Origin: Candidatus Bathyarchaeia archaeon
GTDB taxonomy: Archaea > Thermoproteota > Bathyarchaeia > Bathyarchaeales > Bathycorpusculaceae
Assembly (NCBI GenBank): GCA_038882975.1
Contig: JAVZNE010000001.1
Location: forward strand, 256,001 to 320,000
DNA: 64,000 nt
Direction: 5' to 3'
Numbering within the stretch: position 1 is the first letter of the stretch; each line of letters opens with the position of its first letter. Positions 1 through 8,657 of this stretch are shown here, one piece after another. Under the pieces are notes generated by a model. The model ran no database searches, was not told the DNA's origin, and was given only the letters and a program-made list of their open reading frames with translations. The position numbers and the translations under genes were made by a program.

Positions 1-33
1 CTTCATGTTTTAACGGTTATGCACTTTTTAACG

Positions 34-549
34 CTACTTTTCGGGCTTAAAACCATATTTTGTAGCCATTTTCTTGACAAAAGCTTTGAGGCGCTCATCT
101 TCGCCATAAACAAGCAAACATCCGTCGCTTTGCACTTCAGATGAAAGGTTCAATTCGCTAGCTAAGGCTTTCAAAGCTTCAACGGTCATATTTTCGGAAG
201 GCTTAACGCGGATCCATCGTTTTTCCCTTGGAAGCCCTGGAACAAAGCGGGTCTCGCCCTCTTCCTCCTCTAAAACCTTTCTGCTAGCCTCCTCAATCTT
301 TTTGACCCATCCCTCAACATATTTGTCTCCGAACTTTTGTCCCTCTGAAATGAGGTAAGCCTCAACATTGTTTAGGTATTCCTCAATTTTTTGGCTTGTT
401 TCAAGGCGGGTTGGGTCAGCCTTCAAAACATTGATTAAGGTTCTAGCATACCGTAAATCGTTAAGGATGTTTGCTGAAACTGCTATGCCCTTCTTCCTTA
501 GGTCAGTAATCATTTCTTCTAAAACTTTCCAAACAGCTAAATAGCCCAA
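34..549 (-). CDS. DUF2096 family archaeal protein
   Basis: 171-aa ORF; N-terminus WKVLEEMITDLRKKG and FVPGLPR..WIRVK match recalled DUF2096 sequences. Confidence 0.7.
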   Translation of the reverse strand: MGYLAVWKVLEEMITDLRKKGIAVSANILNDLRYARTLINVLKADPTRLETSQKIEEYLNNVEAYLISEGQKFGDKYVEGWVKKIEEASRKVLEEEEGETRFVPGLPREKRWIRVKPSENMTVEALKALASELNLSSEVQSDGCLLVYGEDERLKAFVKKMATKYGFKPEK

Positions 550-625
550 TGTTCCACCAGCCTTTTAATTCTGATTTTAAACTATAAAAAGCATTATCAA
601 CCTAACAAAACATAAATTTTATCGG

Positions 626-1318
626 ATGGAAATGACTTTAAAGGAAAGACCAAGCAATGTGATGAAAAACGGTATTTTGTTGAAAAAGCTGTTGAAGCTC
701 CACCATACTCCAATTGGGATCGCCTTAGCGGGAAAAATGCCTAAAAATTTGCCAAAGCTAGACGGAGAAATGGAGTTCTGCAGAATGTGGAAAATGGCAT
801 TCGAAGGTAACGCTTTCTTTGCTACGGCAAAAAATCATAGCTGTGTTACTGGCCAATACTATTTGGGGTTTAAAAAATGGAGGGGGAGGGTTTGCCGCTT
901 TTTGGTTGATGAAGTTCAAGCTTATTGCAATTATGATATCGTTGATAAGCACCTCAAAAGTATTCCAAAAATTTCGAAAGCCAAAACTGGAATAATCTGT
1001 GTTGCGCCCCTAGAAAAGGCCAATTTCTCTCCGGACTTAATTTTGGTTAGATGCCGTTCGGAAGAAGCTATGCTCCTCTTTTGGGCTCATTCTTATGCAA
1101 CTGGAGAAACTGTGAAGGGTGAAACTGGAACCGCCATGTGTGTTTCACTTGTTATAAGGCCGTATTTAGAGGGTAAACCAGCATTCAGTTTGGGCGACCC
1201 TGGAGGCAGATATATCATAGGTTTGGATGAAAATGAGCTTGTGTGCTCAGTGCCTACGCAAATTTTTAGTATAATAACTGAAACGTTGCGACTTCGCTTA
1301 AAAGATTGGAAGGAATAA
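626..1318 (+). CDS. DUF169 family protein
   Basis: 230 aa; FC..W, HSC..G..LG, PL...PDL, C...V.RP...SLGDPGGR...L..NEL pattern typical of DUF169. Confidence 0.75.
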   Translation: MEMTLKERPSNVMKNGILLKKLLKLHHTPIGIALAGKMPKNLPKLDGEMEFCRMWKMAFEGNAFFATAKNHSCVTGQYYLGFKKWRGRVCRFLVDEVQAYCNYDIVDKHLKSIPKISKAKTGIICVAPLEKANFSPDLILVRCRSEEAMLLFWAHSYATGETVKGETGTAMCVSLVIRPYLEGKPAFSLGDPGGRYIIGLDENELVCSVPTQIFSIITETLRLRLKDWKE

Positions 1319-1343
1319 TTAAAAAGGCAACAGCTGTGTTCGG

Positions 1344-1787
1344 CTAGACTCTTCTTCCTCTTCTTCCGCCTGGTCTCCTTGTGCCATCATGCGGTATGGG
1401 TGTAACTTCTTCTATTCTGCCTATGCGGAATCCAGCTCTGGCTAGGGCTCTTATGGCTGCTTGTGCGCCTGGTCCAGGTGTTCTTGGTCCTGGTCCGCCT
1501 GGCGCCCGCACTTTTATGTGGATGGCTGTTATTCCCTTGTCTTTGGCGATTTCCGCTGCTGCGGCGGCTGCCCTCATGGCGGCGTACGGTGACGATTCTA
1601 GTCTGTCGGCTTTCACGAACATTCCGCCGGAGGTTCGGGCTATGGTTTCTGCTCCTGAAAGGTCTGTTATGTGGACTATTGTGTTGTTGTAGGAGCTGTA
1701 TATGTGGACTACGCCCCACTTTTCAGTCTTTTTCGCTGTAGTTGCAGTTCCGCTTGTGCTTGTGCCTCCGCTACTGCCACCGCTCAT
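1344..1787 (-). CDS. rps11: 30S ribosomal protein S11 (uS11)
   Basis: [49 protein letters not shown]; ATG at 1787 preferred over GTG at 1799. Confidence 0.98.
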   Translation of the reverse strand: MSGGSSGGTSTSGTATTAKKTEKWGVVHIYSSYNNTIVHITDLSGAETIARTSGGMFVKADRLESSPYAAMRAAAAAAEIAKDKGITAIHIKVRAPGGPGPRTPGPGAQAAIRALARAGFRIGRIEEVTPIPHDGTRRPGGRRGRRV

Positions 1788-1788
1788 T

Positions 1789-2361
1789 TTATTCTTCACC
1801 CCTCTCCATTTCAGTTCTTTTTCCGGTTTGCGCCGTGGCAGCGAGGGCCATCATTTGGCGTATTGGGTGGCTTGGGTTTGCTAGGGGGCTGTCCGGTGCG
1901 TAGGCGATTTTCTCTTCTTCTTCTCTTGTTACCAGGTAGCTTGGCACTGTTACGCGTTGGTCGCCTATCACTATGTGTCCGTGGGTTATCAGCTGTCTAG
2001 CCTGATAGATAGATTTGGCTAGTCCTTTTCTGAAGACTATTGTTTGGAGGCGCCTCTCAAGTATATCCTCAACCGTTAAGTCTAAAACATCGTCTAAGAC
2101 TGCTGTCTCATGGATTATTCCAAGCTTTTTAAGGCGTGATAGAAGTTCTTCCTCCATTTTTCTCCTTTCTTCTGGCGCCTTGCCTATTAGGGAGCGGGCT
2201 ATGCCCCTAAATTTTGAAAGCATGGTTTTGTGGCGCCACAACTCGCGTTTATTTCGTAAGCCATACTGCCCCAAAAGTTTAAGCTCTTCTTGGAGAACGT
2301 CTGTCCGCCATGGGAATCGTGGTGTCTCATACTTCTTTTTCTGTTTTTTAGGGTCTCCCAT
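1789..2361 (-). CDS. rps4: 30S ribosomal protein S4 (uS4)
   Basis: [39 protein letters not shown]. Confidence 0.98.
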   Translation of the reverse strand: MGDPKKQKKKYETPRFPWRTDVLQEELKLLGQYGLRNKRELWRHKTMLSKFRGIARSLIGKAPEERRKMEEELLSRLKKLGIIHETAVLDDVLDLTVEDILERRLQTIVFRKGLAKSIYQARQLITHGHIVIGDQRVTVPSYLVTREEEEKIAYAPDSPLANPSHPIRQMMALAATAQTGKRTEMERGEE

Positions 2362-2363
2362 GG

Positions 2364-2849
2364 CTACTTGCCACCGCCTCCAGGCTTCGCTGCAGCCTTC
2401 TTTTTGACCCCAACAGCTTTGCCCGTTCTCCCAGTTGTTCTTGTTCTTTGTCCTCTAACTTTTAACCCGTAAGCGTGTCTGTATCCTCGCCAAGACTTCA
2501 GCTCCTTCATTTTTTCTATATCCATTTTTGTTCTTAGGATTAGGTCTGCGCTTATTAGGTGCATGTCCTTTCCGGTTTCCAAATCTTTCCGTCTGTTCAA
2601 GAGCCAGTCTGGCAGCCCATATTTTGTCGGTTCTTTGATTATTTCCTCTATTTTTTCAACTTCTGCCTCTGTTAGAAAGCCGGCCCTCATGTTTGGGTCT
2701 ATTCCAGCCTTTTTGAGGATGGCGTTGGCTAGGTTTAGGCTTATGCCCTTAATTTTTCTTATGGCGTAGGGTGCCTTCAGAGTGCCATCTATGTCGGTGT
2801 CTGTTATTCTTAGTATGTGGCGGAATTCTCTGGCTGTTTGGCTTGACAT
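2364..2849 (-). CDS. rps13: 30S ribosomal protein S13 (uS13)
   Basis: LPDWLLNRRKD, SWRGYRHAYGLKVRGQRTRTTGR. Confidence 0.98.
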   Translation of the reverse strand: MSSQTAREFRHILRITDTDIDGTLKAPYAIRKIKGISLNLANAILKKAGIDPNMRAGFLTEAEVEKIEEIIKEPTKYGLPDWLLNRRKDLETGKDMHLISADLILRTKMDIEKMKELKSWRGYRHAYGLKVRGQRTRTTGRTGKAVGVKKKAAAKPGGGGK

Positions 2850-2973
2850 CTAACGCATCCATTCCTGTTTGCAAACTAGAAGTTAATCATATTTTATTTA
2901 AACTTTCCTAGTCTGGCAGAGCAGAAAAACACTTAACAATGCGTTTAAACAGCATTTTAAAAGTGGGCTGAAA

Positions 2974-3315
2974 ATGAGCGGCACGGTGCTTGAGGACAGT
3001 GTTTCTGAAGCCTTCCGTAAGAGGGGCTTCATAGTTTTTACAAGGCAGAACCACTGTGATGTTTTAGCTGTCAAGCCAGACATGAGTTTGGCTTACCTTG
3101 TGGAATGTAAGGATTACGCTTTATCTAGAAAACAACAGGTTTTGGCTGTTAGGGAGCTTAACCGCAACTATACCCATGCGCTGGAACTCTTGATAAAGCA
3201 GCGCTTATGCCCGCAAAAAATATTAAAGGTTCTTGTGGCACGAGGCTTCACTTACCAGGCAAGGGGCATACTGCAATACACTCCGGAAACTTTTATTGAA
3301 CATGTTTCCTCATAA
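2974..3315 (+). CDS. Small PD-(D/E)xK nuclease-fold protein (Hjc/Mrr-like)
   Basis: 113 aa; LE..V...F...GF, CDVLAV...LVECK catalytic-type motif. Confidence 0.65.
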   Translation: MSGTVLEDSVSEAFRKRGFIVFTRQNHCDVLAVKPDMSLAYLVECKDYALSRKQQVLAVRELNRNYTHALELLIKQRLCPQKILKVLVARGFTYQARGILQYTPETFIEHVSS

Positions 3316-3397
3316 AAGTGAGAGAAATCAGCTGTTGCTTGCAATAATTTCACAGTACCAAAATATGTTGCTTCGTTAGAAAAATATGGTGTTGCTC

Positions 3398-5572
3398 TTA
3401 TGACGGGCCCCACTGTGGGCTTGTTTTTCCGAAGTATTTGCAGACGAAGCCTAGGTCTTTGGCGTCTACTTTGCGGTCGTTGTTGACGTCTGCTCTGTAG
3501 CACCATCTTGGGTGGACTGGTGGGCCTGGGTCTGAGCCGAAGGCTTTTGAGGCTACTGCTATGTCTTTGCCGTCGACTGTGCCGTCATAGTTGACGTCGT
3601 AGGGTAGGTGGTTGTTTATTGGGTGTTCTGGTGTTGTGTCTTGTAGGGCGTGGGGTATGTAGTACCATTTCCAGAGGTTGTAGGCGTAAACGCCTGGATA
3701 GATTGGGTTGTAGTACCAGCCTACAACCCATGAACGCTCGAAGTGGCGGCTTATTGGCTGGATTATTGGCACGCTTGGGCAGTCTTCGATGGCTAACACT
3801 TGTATGTCATGATATATTTTGGCTCTATTCGGGCCATCAGGTGTGGCGGTGCCTTCTTCTATTAGTTCATCCATAATGAGGTTGGCATATAGTTGCCATT
3901 TAGTGAAAACTCCTTTACTATGGTAGAAGTTATAGGCGAAGTTGTGTGGGTCTGGATAATCGGCGAGCCACCCCATTGCGAATACTGGTATATAATGCCA
4001 TTGAATAGCTTCGATATAGGATATCCAACTTACATAGTAAATCTGCACGTGGAATTTGCTGTTTAGAGATTCAATACTTTGCTTAAGAGTCAGCGCAAAA
4101 TAATCCGGTGTGCTCCTCGGGACGGAAAGTATGGCTATCGTGAAGCCTGTTTCCCATAAGCCCGGAACCGCTTGGAATTCCTGCACTGCCCTTTCGGGGT
4201 TGCAGGCGTAGCCCTCCACGGTGGGGTCATAATATGGTAGGCCCGGTATTACAGTTGTCGCTGGGACTATTGCCTCGCCTGAGTAAGCATCTTGTACATA
4301 TCTTGTGTAGTTGAAGGCGTAGGCAAAAGCTCTCCTAACGTGTATGCCCCATGTTGTGTTACCAAAGAAATCCCTTGGTATGCCGTCCTCATGGAACTCT
4401 CCAGAAGGATACACCTTACCATATGGTGTGGTTGGATCCACATCAAATGTGAAGAATAAGCAATCCACTGCAAGAATTGGCAAAGGATATATGCATCTTA
4501 CACCAGGCTTATTTAAAACTTCGTTTATGTATTGCCTAGGGACAGCACAAAAGTCAAATTCTCCTGCCAAGAATGCGTCACGTCTCTTTGTCCACGTATA
4601 TGCCCAAGTTACGTTTATACGTTCAACCCATCCGGCAGGCTTTGACATTCCAAATGCTGGAAAATCTGCAGGCCAACCCCTCCAATAATCAACATTTCTC
4701 ACAGCAAACCAGTACATGGCTGAATAATCCAGCGTTTCAAGCTTGTATGGGCCTGTTCCACATGTTATTGGTGTTGGGTCATCTAAGGGCGATATTGCTG
4801 GGTTGTGGTAGTTTATCCAGTTTGTGTAGTCTCCCCATTCTCCATTCCACTCTGGACGACCCAATGTACCTATTACGTAGTTGTTTATCCAAGCTTTACT
4901 TATTATGCTTGACCAAGATTGGCAGAGAATCTGCATAAAAGGCGAATAAACGCTTGGGAAAGCAAGGTTAAACCATACATGGGTAGCGTTTGATTCAACA
5001 GCGTGGTCTATGGCTTTCCCAACGTTGATGACACCCTCTGTTGTGCTTAAGTTAAACTTTGGATCCAGTTCCACAAGCCCATAAGCACCCCAAGTGTTTA
5101 GCAACGGTTCATAAAACATCCATGTTGGGCCTGCCTCTCTGTCTTGGACCATGGCGCGTTCAAAGCTGTATTCAACATCTTCAGGCGTTAATGGGCTTCC
5201 ATCATGGAAGTAAACACCTGTCCTTATTTCAAAAATGTACCTACTATACCAGTGCAAGCCCTCCGGGCTTGTCTCATTAATTTCATGCCATGTCCAGCTC
5301 ACTGAAAGGCTTGGAAGAAAATTATCAACGCTTTCTCCGGTATAAGCTATTAACCTATCATAAACATTGTAAATCAGCTCGGCGCTAGCCGTGTCATAAC
5401 ACCATGCAGGGTCAACAGTTTCTGGCCAAGCACCTTCAATATTTGCAACCCTAAGTTCATAGGGCATATTTATTGGAGGTTGAGCCGAAGCGGGCAAAAG
5501 TCCCCATCCAAATAACAAACAAACTAACAAAGTTGTCGTTCTCAAAATGTTTCTCATTAACTTTCTCCTCAA
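3398..5572 (-). CDS. Family 5 (peptide/nickel) ABC substrate-binding protein with C-terminal dockerin-like domain
   Basis: Signal peptide; PETVDPA..YD, FHDGSPLTPEDVEYSFER, GTGPY, GWLADYPDP; tail DVNYDGTVDGKDI...DVNNDRKVDAKDL (two dockerin Ca-binding repeats). Confidence 0.9.
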   Translation of the reverse strand: MRRKLMRNILRTTTLLVCLLFGWGLLPASAQPPINMPYELRVANIEGAWPETVDPAWCYDTASAELIYNVYDRLIAYTGESVDNFLPSLSVSWTWHEINETSPEGLHWYSRYIFEIRTGVYFHDGSPLTPEDVEYSFERAMVQDREAGPTWMFYEPLLNTWGAYGLVELDPKFNLSTTEGVINVGKAIDHAVESNATHVWFNLAFPSVYSPFMQILCQSWSSIISKAWINNYVIGTLGRPEWNGEWGDYTNWINYHNPAISPLDDPTPITCGTGPYKLETLDYSAMYWFAVRNVDYWRGWPADFPAFGMSKPAGWVERINVTWAYTWTKRRDAFLAGEFDFCAVPRQYINEVLNKPGVRCIYPLPILAVDCLFFTFDVDPTTPYGKVYPSGEFHEDGIPRDFFGNTTWGIHVRRAFAYAFNYTRYVQDAYSGEAIVPATTVIPGLPYYDPTVEGYACNPERAVQEFQAVPGLWETGFTIAILSVPRSTPDYFALTLKQSIESLNSKFHVQIYYVSWISYIEAIQWHYIPVFAMGWLADYPDPHNFAYNFYHSKGVFTKWQLYANLIMDELIEEGTATPDGPNRAKIYHDIQVLAIEDCPSVPIIQPISRHFERSWVVGWYYNPIYPGVYAYNLWKWYYIPHALQDTTPEHPINNHLPYDVNYDGTVDGKDIAVASKAFGSDPGPPVHPRWCYRADVNNDRKVDAKDLGFVCKYFGKTSPQWGPS

Positions 5573-5824
5573 AGAGTTATATGAAAATGGTCAAATAAAT
5601 TTTACGCTAAAATTAATGAAAGGATATACCTGCTGGTTATAAAGCAAAAGTCAACACTCTTTCACAACTTTTAATGCCGTTTGATAATTAGGTTAAGTCT
5701 CTCTGTCCCGTGCCAGGTGCCTTTTTAAAAGGAAAAGCGCATCGAAAATCTTAGGATGTGGATGAAATTGATGATGTACAGCCTTTTATAGGAGCGAAGT
5801 AGTGTCGCGGTTTAATTCAAACAA

Positions 5825-5848
5825 TGGTGCTCGGCCGGGATTTGAACC
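5825..5848 (-). mobile_element. tRNA 3'-end fragment (T-arm, acceptor strand, CCA); probable att site relic
   Basis: Minus strand reads GGTTCAAATCCCGGCCGAGCACCA, similar to archaeal tRNA-Glu 3' ends but one nt short; the rest of the tRNA is absent. Confidence 0.75.
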
Positions 5849-5880
5849 GAAACAACAATGCTTGGAGATATCCCCATTAA

Positions 5881-6282
5881 ATTGAAAGGTTCGATGGCTG
5901 CTTCACAAAGGTGGTTCGCAATTACCGGTTTTATGATTATTAGTTTCACTTCATAAGTTTTGAAGCGGGGTTACGCGATATTAATGAAATTTCATGGACT
6001 CTGATATCCCTATTTACAATTCAAATAATTACTTTAATAGCAGCAATAGCTTTTATTTTCCTCGTAAACAAGAGATTTTTATGCATCATTCCAGCGGTCT
6101 TATGCCCCATAACCACGCTATTAATGATAAGTATAACTATGTGCCTGAACCAAACAACATTGGGCAGTTCCGACTATCAATTAGGCTATTGGCCAACATA
6201 TCCCTCAGAAGTGCTGTTCATAGCCAACATACTGGTAAAAAGCAAGAAGTTTACGAAAATCTCAAATAAAATCCGAGCGTAA
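5881..6282 (+). pseudogene. Decayed multi-pass membrane protein gene
   Basis: Frame starting at 5881 reads ...NYRFYDY*FHF...ISWTLISLFTIQIITLIAAIAFIFLV...DYQLGYWPTYPSEVLFIANILVK...IRA*; internal TAG at 5941-5943; no upstream start codon. Confidence 0.5.
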
Positions 6283-6321
6283 GATTCTTTTAAACGATGA
6301 CTAGAGAAATAGATGAGGGAT

Positions 6322-6416
6322 TTATGATGCTTTTCTTTTGCCTAGCCAAAGGATGATGCCAGCGATTATCCAGCAGATTATTGTGCTTACTGGTGTGAAG
6401 CTGCAGTGGGCGTAGT
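6322..6416 (-). pseudogene. 3' remnant of a membrane protein gene abutting the integrase relic
   Basis: C-terminal TM segment FTPVSTIICWIIAGIILWLGKRKAS*; the upstream part of the track ORF is just antisense of the integrase fragment. Confidence 0.35.
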
Positions 6417-6737
6417 AGAAAAGAAAAAGGATTGCAAGAAAGCTAAAACAATCCAAGAATGCTAAAAATAAGTCTGCACACTTTCCGCCATTGAAAAGGC
6501 ACAATAGAATATCATAAAACCAAAGACCTCTTATACGTCAAAAATGTTCTTGGACATAAAGATATAAAGTCGACTATGACCTACATAAACATTGAAAACG
6601 CTTTATCCCAGAACAGCAACGATGAATTTCATGTAAAAACAGCAAAAACCGTTGAAGAAGCAACAAAACTCATTGAAGTAGGCTTCGAATTCGTCCACGA
6701 ATTTGATGGCATCATGATATTTCGGAAAAGGAAATAG
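6417..6737 (+). pseudogene. Tyrosine recombinase/integrase C-terminal remnant
   Basis: RKRIARKL (frameshift) NPRMLKISLHTFRH*KGTIEYHKTKDLLYVKNVLGHKDIKSTMTYIN...KLIEVGFEFVHEFDGIMIFRKRK*; HxxRH, LGH and catalytic Tyr retained; TGA at 6492-6494. Confidence 0.88.
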
Positions 6738-6751
6738 TGTATTGCCATTAT

Positions 6752-6781
6752 GTCATAAATCCGAATAATAAGTCATAAATC
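6752..6781. promoter_or_regulatory. Direct repeat GTCATAAATC x2 (20-bp period) upstream of a wHTH gene
   Basis: Exact 10-mers at 6752-6761 and 6772-6781, just upstream of TATA-like TTTTAAG (about 6799-6805). Confidence 0.5.
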
Positions 6782-6836
6782 GTAATATAGGTTAAATCTT
6801 TTAAGCAGAATAGCCTATAACAGAAAGCGTGTTGGA

Positions 6837-7184
6837 GTGCTGATTTGGATGGTTGGGAGTGGGGAAGAGGAGAAGATTAGGCGTATATTGACGGATGCTA
6901 GGCTTTCGGCGATTAAGGCTATGTTGGAGAAGGACCACGCCATTGACTGTATTTTCCTATTGTATATGGGGCGGGGGAAGTGGAAGGAAGCGAAGGAGTT
7001 TATGAGGGCTAATGGGTTGACGCTTAGTGATGGCACTTTTAGGGCTAGGATGATGGAGATTGAGGAGCTTGGCTTAGCGAAAAGTGAGCGGTTAGACCCT
7101 TTGAAGAAGAAGTATGAGAAGACGGAGTTTGGCGACAAAGTTGCTAAACTTCTCATAGAGTTCTTTGACAAGCTTGGCGTTTAG
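6837..7184 (+). CDS. Winged-helix DNA-binding protein (HxlR/PadR-like)
   Basis: 115 aa; LSDGTFRARMMEIEELGLAKSE...KKKYEKTEFG recognition-helix and wing pattern. Confidence 0.7.
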   Translation: MLIWMVGSGEEEKIRRILTDARLSAIKAMLEKDHAIDCIFLLYMGRGKWKEAKEFMRANGLTLSDGTFRARMMEIEELGLAKSERLDPLKKKYEKTEFGDKVAKLLIEFFDKLGV

Positions 7185-7298
7185 GCTTTAGGCTTCTCCT
7201 CTTGGTTGTGTTGAAAGGGGCGAGAAAGGTTTCTGGTAATTTTCGATTTGTAGTTAGTTATATAAATGTCAATTTTGTTGCTGGTGTTGAACTGCAAA

Positions 7299-7552
7299 AT
7301 TGGTAGCCCCTCTCTAGAATTTTAGCGCTTAGGTTATATTTGTTGTTGGTTTGGCTTAGCAGATATGCTACCCCTCTATGGAATTTGGGCAGTTTTCTGG
7401 CACCATTTTCTCTACCCTCTCCCTCTAGGTTTTGTTACCTTGCAGGTCAATTTAGGAGCGCAGATGTTGTTAAGTTGGATACCTCTCTAGGATTTTTATT
7501 GTTGTTTTGGTTTGTGGGTGTGCCAATAGTGTCTAGCCTCTCTATGGTTTTG
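7299..7552. repeat. Array of five degenerate CCCTCTCTAG-R-TTTT motifs; dispersed repeat copy 1
   Basis: CTAG/CTAT cores at 7314, 7376, 7425, 7487 and 7542; 7445-7552 aligns with 30924-31025. Confidence 0.7.
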
Positions 7553-7662
7553 TGTGTTGTTTTGTTTTACAAATGGATAATATGGTGTATTAAGTCGTAA
7601 GATTTAAATTCTAAGCTTCCCCTAACATACACGATAACAAAAAGGGAGGGATATAAAAGAAA

Positions 7663-8106
7663 ATGAAAATGCTGAAGAGTAGGAAAGCCCTAAGCCCCGT
7701 AGTAGCATCCATCATCCTCATAGCCGTAACAGTCGCCGTCAGCCTAGCCGTGGCTGTATGGATGGGTGGACTAGCCTTCACATTCACAAAAACAGAAGAA
7801 CTAAAGATAACGGGTGCTGACTGGGTGGCTCCGTCTGGCGGAAGCAAATATGTGAACATCTCAGTGTCAAATACCGGCGCATCTGCGGTCTCTGTCTCTA
7901 AAGTATATATAGATAACGTACAATACTCGGTAGCTGGCTATAGTGGGTTTACATATGATTCTTCAACTGGTAGTTATACTTTGGCCAAAGGAGCGTCTGG
8001 TGTGCTCAAAGTAACCTTCCCCTGGTCTTCAAATCAAAAGTATACTATAGCGTTGCAAACAACCACTGGAAATAAGTACGAATATACAACAACAGCTGTT
8101 CCATAA
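7663..8106 (+). CDS. Archaeal type IV pilin-like protein (class III signal peptide)
   Basis: MKMLKSRKA/LSPVVASIILIAVTVAVSLAVAVWM prepilin (PibD/FlaK) motif followed by a Ser/Thr/Tyr-rich beta domain. Confidence 0.9.
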   Translation: MKMLKSRKALSPVVASIILIAVTVAVSLAVAVWMGGLAFTFTKTEELKITGADWVAPSGGSKYVNISVSNTGASAVSVSKVYIDNVQYSVAGYSGFTYDSSTGSYTLAKGASGVLKVTFPWSSNQKYTIALQTTTGNKYEYTTTAVP

Positions 8107-8201
8107 CAAACTGCAGACAACGTTGAGATTGGGGGTAGGGTGTTAGCTGTTTCCAAAATTTTCCCCTATTCTATTGTTCCATGTTGGAGGTGTAAAATCG
8201 T

Positions 8202-8627
8202 ATGGTAGTGGAATTGAAGGAGTATGCTTCGGCTGAGGACATAGCCGAAACCCTGGAGAAGCAGATAGCCGAAACTAAGAGCACTTTGGGCGAGTACCTG
8301 CGCCGCCTAGACGAGATTAGGGCACTAGCCGAAAAGTCTAAGAAAATCCGAGAAGTGGTTATGAAGTTGGCTGGGAAGAAGGCGGCTGCCGAAAGCCTTG
8401 GCGAAATAACAGTTGGCAGTTTAAGTATTGTTTTGGATGCCAACCCATTCCACGAGCTGACAGCCATAGAGCAGGTAGTCCGAAGCTATCAGGAGAGGCT
8501 TCTGGTCTTGCAGAAAGCACGAGAAGCCCTAAAATGGCTTGACCAGCTAGGAGACACTGAAGGCTTAAAATACATTGTTGTTGAAAACGACGGCGTTCCA
8601 GAGCGCATCCTATTCAAAATAACATAG
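8202..8627 (+). CDS. Hypothetical coiled-coil protein
   Basis: 141 aa with GGAGGTG SD; long amphipathic helices; co-oriented with the roadblock genes. Confidence 0.75.
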   Translation: MVVELKEYASAEDIAETLEKQIAETKSTLGEYLRRLDEIRALAEKSKKIREVVMKLAGKKAAAESLGEITVGSLSIVLDANPFHELTAIEQVVRSYQERLLVLQKAREALKWLDQLGDTEGLKYIVVENDGVPERILFKIT

Positions 8628-8657
8628 CCAAGCGCCCTCCTTTAAAGTGGTGAAAGC

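Noticed and set aside
5825-5848. Functional tRNA gene
   Set aside because: Only the T-arm and acceptor 3' strand are present, one nt short; no D or anticodon arm.
5994-6269. 91-aa track ORF as a real gene
   Set aside because: Composition looks off-frame; an overlapping frame gives a coherent membrane protein.
6492-6494. Selenocysteine or readthrough TGA in the integrase
   Set aside because: The position corresponds to an expected Trp, and the gene is also frameshifted and 5'-truncated, so this is simple decay.
7299-7552. CRISPR array
   Set aside because: Repeats are short and degenerate, spacing is irregular (49-62 bp), inter-motif sequence is shared with the second locus, and there are no cas genes in the window.
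7299-7552. Replication origin (ORB array)
   Set aside because: Only a G-string-like end resembles ORB; there is no TCCA...GGA core and no adjacent orc1/cdc6.
7340-7600. 86-aa hydrophobic ORF
   Set aside because: It lies on the G/T-rich repeat array, where hydrophobicity follows from base composition, and has no SD.
7810-8106. Pilin variable-domain swap or diversity-generating cassette
   Set aside because: A composition change after the conserved N-terminus is visible, but there is no template repeat, silent cassette or reverse transcriptase, and similar skew shifts occur in core genes.
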